A DNA stretch of 64,000 nt. Source: Spartobacteria bacterium. Lineage in GTDB: Bacteria; Verrucomicrobiota; Verrucomicrobiia; Chthoniobacterales; UBA10450. The stretch covers positions 40,488-104,487 of the forward strand of contig PNAS01000027.1 in assembly GCA_003169695.1 (NCBI GenBank). Direction: 5' to 3'. A model generated the notes under the pieces. That model was given only the letters and a program-made list of their open reading frames with translations, was not told the origin of the DNA and did no database searches. Each line of letters begins with the position of its first letter. Position 1 is the stretch's first letter. This document shows positions 59,346 to 64,000 of the stretch, piece after piece. The translations under genes were made by a program, and so were the position numbers.

Positions 59346-60850
59346 AGGCGCGCCTCGAGGGCCTCCCCTTCCTGTGGATTGAGGAATGTCGGAACACTCG
59401 CCGTCCGGCCCAAACCAAGAAGCATCAGGCCGAAGTGAAATGCGAAAACGAAATGCGCGACGGTCAAAAGCAAACCGGAAACGCTGCGGCCCCGCAGATA
59501 CGGCAGAATCGACTCAGTGCTCTCACTGAAAGCAATCGACGGATCATGCATGCTGGCTCCCTGCGAAAGACCACCGGCGAGCAGCATCAGCACCATCAAA
59601 CCGACACCATACGTCGAGGACCAGAAGTGGAGTTTAATCAGCGAGGCGTAACGCCATTCACGCCCGACCAATCGCGGCACGATGTAATACATCGAGCCGA
59701 ACATGATCATGGTAAAGAACGCGTACAATCCCATGTGAGAATAGGCGATGCTTGCCTCGGTGAAGTGCACATAACCGGCAACCGAACGGAGTGAGAGCAA
59801 CACGCCGACCAGGCTGAAGACGGTGTACGAAATCGCGCCGAAGACCGTGAAGCGCAGCGTCGGGCTATAACGAAGCAGACCAAAGTACCCGCGCATCGTC
59901 ATGTGATGATTCAGCCCGACGGTCGCCACCGGGATGATGGTGAGAATCGTGGCTGCGATACTGGCGGTGATCATCCACGCGGGAAACGGTCCGTCGACTA
60001 GCCGTTGCATTCCGGTCCAGCTCGCGAAAAGCGCATAAGTCCAAAATCCGATTGCCGCCAGATGATAACTGTAGACCGGGCGCCCGATCACTTTCGGAAT
60101 CATGTAATACGCGGTGCCGAGTCCGATCGCGCCGAACCAGAGGAAAAGAAGATTATTTGCGAACCACCACGTCACCGCTTCCTGCATCACACCCTGTAGA
60201 GGAACCAGGAAGAGCATGACTTGCGTCGCGCCGTAGACCCACGGGAACCAGAGAAAGGCGCCGAGCAAATACCATTGCGTGATGTAAATGTGGTCGCCGC
60301 GGCGAAAGCGGAACATGAGCATCGCCCAGGAAACGACCAGTGAGTAGGCGACGAAGAGAACGATGGCGGCGTAAGGCGGAAACTCGAGCCATTCATATCC
60401 GGTGCTGTCGCCAGCCAGAATTCCACCCACTCCAAGAAGAACGCCGAGATTCCAGAACGCAGCGCCCCCAATAAGCAGAAGTGGATGGCGCAAAGTGGTG
60501 CGACATAAACGAGCCATCAGCCAGATCGCAGTGCCAATGCCGGCCATCGAGGCCCAACCGTAAACCATCACGTTCATGTGCGCGGGCCGGACGCGACCCC
60601 AGGTGAGAAAGCTGACATTCGCGAGCAAGTCTGGAGCGTGGAGTTTGAAGGAGGTGAATCCGGCCAGCAATGTGCCAAGCAGGAGCCAGACGATCGCGGA
60701 ACCGTAGAAGAACAAAACGGGCAGGCGGGTGGACGCGTCGATCAACGCGCGTTCGACTTGTTCGACCTCACGGATCGTTACGTCCGACTCCGTGCTCGTT
60801 GCAACCGGAACGGTCGTGGGCGGTGTTAGAGGTATGTCAGCGGAATTCAT
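59342..60850 (-). CDS. CcoN-like polytopic protein (cbb3 subunit I family) lacking the binuclear-centre ligands
   Basis: Collinear with CcoN: WGRVRPAHMNVMVYGW, EWLEFPPYAAIV, WWFANNLLFLWFGAIGLGTAYYMIPK, RPVYSYHLAAIGFW, HFTEASIAYSHMGLYAF and MYYIVPRL. ATG 60850; the longer ORF overlaps the upstream gene. Confidence 0.85.
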   Translation of the reverse strand: MNSADIPLTPPTTVPVATSTESDVTIREVEQVERALIDASTRLPVLFFYGSAIVWLLLGTLLAGFTSFKLHAPDLLANVSFLTWGRVRPAHMNVMVYGWASMAGIGTAIWLMARLCRTTLRHPLLLIGGAAFWNLGVLLGVGGILAGDSTGYEWLEFPPYAAIVLFVAYSLVVSWAMLMFRFRRGDHIYITQWYLLGAFLWFPWVYGATQVMLFLVPLQGVMQEAVTWWFANNLLFLWFGAIGLGTAYYMIPKVIGRPVYSYHLAAIGFWTYALFASWTGMQRLVDGPFPAWMITASIAATILTIIPVATVGLNHHMTMRGYFGLLRYSPTLRFTVFGAISYTVFSLVGVLLSLRSVAGYVHFTEASIAYSHMGLYAFFTMIMFGSMYYIVPRLVGREWRYASLIKLHFWSSTYGVGLMVLMLLAGGLSQGASMHDPSIAFSESTESILPYLRGRSVSGLLLTVAHFVFAFHFGLMLLGLGRTASVPTFLNPQEGEALEARL

Positions 60851-60878
60851 CCGAAGAAATTTAGGTGTTGAAGAGCGC

Positions 60879-61514
60879 TCATGGCGTTTTCGCGCGGACC
60901 GGTAATGGAGTGGCCGGCGCGGAAGGTGAAGGCGATGCGGAAGATGACACTGGCGCCTTAGCCTCGGCGGAAGGTGGAGAAGCGGCTGGAGCGTTAGACG
61001 GACCCGGCTGTGTTCCAGGAGGAGCCGGCCGCGGATTGATGGCACCCGCGGGTTGATTCCGACTCTCGGAATTCGGGCCGGTAATGGAAGTGGGCTTCGG
61101 TGTTCCGCTCGCGCTGGCGGTTGGTGACGGCGCGGGAGGCGCGGTAGCTGGCGCGGCGCCTTGGGGAGATGGATTCGCTGCCGGTGTTGCAATCGGGTTT
61201 GCCGGCGCGGGTGTTTTCTGGGACAGCTCGGCCAGGGTTAACTTCATCGCGTCAGTGATCGGGATACGCACCACCCCTTTGTTCTTATCGACCCAGGCAT
61301 ATGTTGTGAGCGCCTTGGTTGTTTCGTCACGCGTGGCTTGCAATTTCTCGGCACGGACCTTGGCCCGTTTCTTCTCATAGCTGTTTCCGCGCGGCGATGC
61401 GCCAATGACGACCAGCGCCAGCAATCCGAAGAAGGCGAAAAGAAGCACCACTCCGATCCAAGTCGAAAACATGGAGCGTGGCTGGAATTTTTGCGATGGG
61501 TCGTCGTGCGTCAC
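60879..61514 (-). CDS. N-terminally anchored protein with short conserved-looking domain and long P/A/S-rich tail
   Basis: TM WIGVVLLFAFFGLLALVVIG, then ...LTTYAWVDKNKGVVRIPITDAMKLTLAEL, then ~110 aa of low complexity. Sits between actF and the ccoN-like gene, 2 nt after the actF stop. Confidence 0.65.
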   Translation of the reverse strand: MTHDDPSQKFQPRSMFSTWIGVVLLFAFFGLLALVVIGASPRGNSYEKKRAKVRAEKLQATRDETTKALTTYAWVDKNKGVVRIPITDAMKLTLAELSQKTPAPANPIATPAANPSPQGAAPATAPPAPSPTASASGTPKPTSITGPNSESRNQPAGAINPRPAPPGTQPGPSNAPAASPPSAEAKAPVSSSASPSPSAPATPLPVRAKTP

Positions 61515-61516
61515 GG

Positions 61517-62719
61517 CTAATTGGTTGTGCGGAGAGATTCAAGGAGGCGGGGATCGCGATTCGGAAAGAGCGACGTCTTGGCGAGAATTCGCAGATAGAA
61601 AAACCCGAGCGTTGCGCCAATTGCGATCAGAGACACGAAATCCCAAATGCTCAGGTGCAGACCGACACCATGCAGCGCTGGCAGAATTACGATATAGATG
61701 TCGACGGCCTGCATGAAGACCAGCCAGCCCGCAATCAGGCAAAGCTGCCGGGCCTTCCTCTTTGGGCTGCGCACAAGCAGAAGGATAAAGGGCACAAAGA
61801 ACCGGCCGATCACCAGGAACAGGCTCAGGCTGTTCCACGATTCGGTATTTCGCCGGATAAAATATTCCGTCTCTTCCGGCATATTGGCGTACCAGATGAG
61901 CATGTATTGGCTGAACCCGATGTAGGCCCAGAAGACGACGAACGAGAGCATCCACTTACCCATGATGTGGTAATGCTCCATCGTGACGATGTCTTTCAAG
62001 TATCCCGCGTTCCGCAAAGCGGTGATGACCAGAACCAGCAAAGACATCGAGCTGCCCGCGGCGCCCGCGAAAATGTAAACGCCCCACATGGTCGAGAACC
62101 AGTGGTAATCCAGCCCTAGGAGCCAATCATAGGCACCGAAAGTGAGCGAGAGCGCAAAAAGCGGCAGGGCGGTGAAAGCGACCCTACGCATCTTCAAGGT
62201 ATACGCGGGATTGCCGTCGCGATCCTGGCGGACCGAGAAACGCCGCAAGAGAAATGCCGCGCCGGTAAAAAATGCGAAATAAAAAATCGCGCGGACGAGA
62301 AAGAAGTGCCAATTCAGGTAGGCGCGCTTGCTGTCGAGAATGGGATCATGTCCGGGAGCGACGTTCATCCACTCATACAGATGATGGCGGAAAATCAGCA
62401 CCGGGATGAAAAACACCGCCATGACCGGTATGAGCATGGCCAGATTTTCCAGTTGTCGCCGCACTACGACCGACCACTCTGCGTCCGTCACATGATGCAC
62501 GATGATCCAGAAAAAGCAGCCGGCCAGGAGCGTAAAGAAAAAGGCAAAGGCAAAAAGCCACGAGAAACTGAATTGGTGGCGATTAACGGAAGCTCCAACG
62601 GCACAAAGCGCCAGGCTGAACAAGCCAACTACAGCCAACAGCAACGACAAACCCGCAAAACGGTTTGTTTCGAAATATTCGCCCTCGGGCACCGGGACGA
62701 AATCAGAACGCTCGCTCAT
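61517..62719 (-). CDS. actF: Alternative Complex III subunit ActF (NrfD-like quinol-interacting membrane subunit)
   Basis: About 10 TM segments with ActC/ActF-family patterns (HHVTDAEWSVVVRRQLE, KRAYLNWHFFLVRAIFYF, MLIWYANMPEET). ATG 62719 overlaps the actE stop (ATGA). The longer ORF (to 63115) overlaps actE. Confidence 0.85.
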   Translation of the reverse strand: MSERSDFVPVPEGEYFETNRFAGLSLLLAVVGLFSLALCAVGASVNRHQFSFSWLFAFAFFFTLLAGCFFWIIVHHVTDAEWSVVVRRQLENLAMLIPVMAVFFIPVLIFRHHLYEWMNVAPGHDPILDSKRAYLNWHFFLVRAIFYFAFFTGAAFLLRRFSVRQDRDGNPAYTLKMRRVAFTALPLFALSLTFGAYDWLLGLDYHWFSTMWGVYIFAGAAGSSMSLLVLVITALRNAGYLKDIVTMEHYHIMGKWMLSFVVFWAYIGFSQYMLIWYANMPEETEYFIRRNTESWNSLSLFLVIGRFFVPFILLLVRSPKRKARQLCLIAGWLVFMQAVDIYIVILPALHGVGLHLSIWDFVSLIAIGATLGFFYLRILAKTSLFPNRDPRLLESLRTTN

Positions 62720-63453
62720 TTTTTTGGCGCCTCCGGCTTCGGCTCGGCTTTGGTTTCCGCCGGTTTGTTCAGTTCTGCGCGGCGTTCCGGAGGCACATCC
62801 GCTTCCGTGGCGTTTTGGCTGCGTTGCAACGCGCGGAGATAGGCGATGATTGCCCACCGATCGATGACCATCACGTTCGGTCCGTAGGGCAGCATCGTGT
62901 TCTTGCCGTTGGTAATCGTGTTGAAGATTTCGCCGTCGGCCATTTTTCGAATCCGCTCGTCCTGCAACGAGACGACGGTCGCAAGGCCGTATTGCTTCGT
63001 GATTCCGTCCCCGGCTGCTGTCATCCCGTGACAAACGGCGCAATTGATATTGAACCGCTGTTTCCCCCGCTCCATCAAATCGCCCGTCAACGTCATCGGC
63101 AACCCGGTTCCCCAATTCGCCCCCATCTTGCCAGTGTCGTAATAATCTGTTCCTTCGCTGAACCCGAGACGGGGTTGCGCATTCATCTCGGCAGCGACCG
63201 GCGCCGCACCCGGGCTCGGCTCGCTCGCCTGCGACATTTCGTAACCCATCGGAACTGTGCCGGCGACCGGGACGCGAGCACCACGCCCGTCAGCAAAAAA
63301 TCCGAGCGGCGCTTGCGCACGGACTTTCGGTTGGCGCACCATGTCGGGAAAAACTTCAATGGGCGAACCAGTGCTCTTTTGCCCACGCAAGCCGAAGACG
63401 GCGACGATGGCGACGCCGGTCAGCAGAAAAATGAGGAAGAAGCCGCGGAGCAT
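62716..63453 (-). CDS. actE: Alternative Complex III monohaem cytochrome c subunit ActE
   Basis: N-terminal anchor MLRGFFLIFLLTGVAIVAVFG, CAVCH haem motif and ...TNGKNTMLPYGP...RWAIIAYLRALQRSQ. ATG 63453 lies 2 nt after the actD stop. Confidence 0.85.
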   Translation of the reverse strand: MLRGFFLIFLLTGVAIVAVFGLRGQKSTGSPIEVFPDMVRQPKVRAQAPLGFFADGRGARVPVAGTVPMGYEMSQASEPSPGAAPVAAEMNAQPRLGFSEGTDYYDTGKMGANWGTGLPMTLTGDLMERGKQRFNINCAVCHGMTAAGDGITKQYGLATVVSLQDERIRKMADGEIFNTITNGKNTMLPYGPNVMVIDRWAIIAYLRALQRSQNATEADVPPERRAELNKPAETKAEPKPEAPKK

Positions 63454-63455
63454 AT

Positions 63456-64000
63456 TTAGTCTTCGTGGATTATCGTCACATGCTGGCCGCCGCTTTGTTC
63501 CAGAAGTTCGCGTGCCTCCAATTCGGTAAAGCGGGGATCCCGCGCTTCGATCACCAGGAAAAATCCATCGTTGGTCGCACGGCTGAACCGTTGCCAATTG
63601 AAAACCGGGTGATACCAGCGTGGCAGGCCGTTCATGAGGAGCATCGCGAAGAACGCGGAGAAGGCGGAGAAAAGAATAGTGAGCTCAAACATGATCGGGA
63701 AAAACGCCGGCACCGTCGCCCAGTTGGTCGGTTTTCCGTGCACAATCAGCGGGTAAATTAACCAGGATGGCCCGAACTCCAGGACCGCCGCCGTAAGCAA
63801 TCCCGTCGTCCCGCCAGCGAGCACAACGGCGCTGAGCCACGACTTGCCGAGCCCCATCGCTTCATCCATGCCGTGAATCGGAAATGGGGAATGCACGTCC
63901 CAGCGCTTGAACCCTGCGTCGCGCACGCGTTTCGCTGCTTCGTAGAGCGCGGTGGCGCTTGGGTATTCCGCGCCCATTCCGTAGACTTTGTTTCCGGACG
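63456..64000 (-). CDS. actD: Alternative Complex III membrane subunit ActD (DUF3341), 5' end probably outside window
   Basis: ALYEAAKRVRDAGFKRWDVHSPFPIHGMDEAMGL followed by two TM segments. The reading frame stays open upstream of ATG 63977 to the window edge (..NKVYGMGAEY). Confidence 0.8.
   Translation of the reverse strand, partial: SGNKVYGMGAEYPSATALYEAAKRVRDAGFKRWDVHSPFPIHGMDEAMGLGKSWLSAVVLAGGTTGLLTAAVLEFGPSWLIYPLIVHGKPTNWATVPAFFPIMFELTILFSAFSAFFAMLLMNGLPRWYHPVFNWQRFSRATNDGFFLVIEARDPRFTELEARELLEQSGGQHVTIIHED

Noticed and set aside
1-64000. rRNA, tRNA, tmRNA, riboswitch or transposase/IS content
   Set aside because: No spacer is long enough or shows tRNA-like T-arm/acceptor signatures. 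The only spacers longer than 150 nt are 5579-5786, 20013-20190, 30558-30845, 53315-53502 and 56044-56331. No DDE or Y1 transposase-like ORF was seen. Covariance-model scans (Infernal/tRNAscan) would be needed for certainty.

Overview
This is a 64-kb, GC-rich, gene-dense bacterial chromosome segment. Gene content and repeat types suggest a PVC-superphylum (Verrucomicrobiota-like) organism, but that is inference only.

**Contents, in order:**
- The minus strand from 831 to 20012 carries a complete dcw division/cell-wall cluster: mraZ-rsmH-ftsL-ftsI-murE-murF-mraY-murD-[LysM gene]-ftsW-murG-murC::murB fusion-ddl-ftsQ-ftsA-ftsZ. A four-box MraZ-type operator lies upstream.
- An exbB-exbD-tonB-like operon runs on into an IMPDH-family gene and fabF.
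- A five-gene, translationally coupled minus-strand operon joins a PilB/GspE-type ATPase to an MglA/MglB Ras-like GTPase module.
- A divergent, visibly less GC-rich operon holds four prepilin-like (pseudopilin) genes.
- Next come an MsrP-like Mo-enzyme, a TMTC-like TPR membrane protein, a UVR-domain protein, xerD, a DUF3352-like protein, an orphan nuoA, Dabb, a GT4 glycosyltransferase and rfbA.
- An A-type haem-copper oxidase operon follows: coxI-coxIII-coxIV-two small ORFs-coxII-ctaA-ctaB-sco1.
- Then pilT, a degenerate-HisKA/receiver protein, a GAF (fRMsr-like) protein and a TrxR-like flavoprotein.
- The window ends with the 3' part of an Alternative Complex III operon (actD-E-F). It continues as one coupled string into a cbb3-like CcoN/CcoO pair and a monohaem cytochrome c.

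**Most notable observation:** the CcoN-like protein keeps both low-spin haem b histidines. It lacks every histidine, and the cross-link tyrosine, of the haem b3-CuB catalytic centre.

**Not seen:** rRNA, tRNA, CRISPR arrays or transposase genes.

**Repeats:** intergenic spacers carry GTAG-headed REP/REPIN-like hairpin pairs, 7-nt microsatellites (one inside the tonB-like CDS) and a ~44-nt dispersed repeat.

**Coordinates:** stop positions are firm. Many start codons are my choices, because the ORF track often carries spurious 5' extensions.
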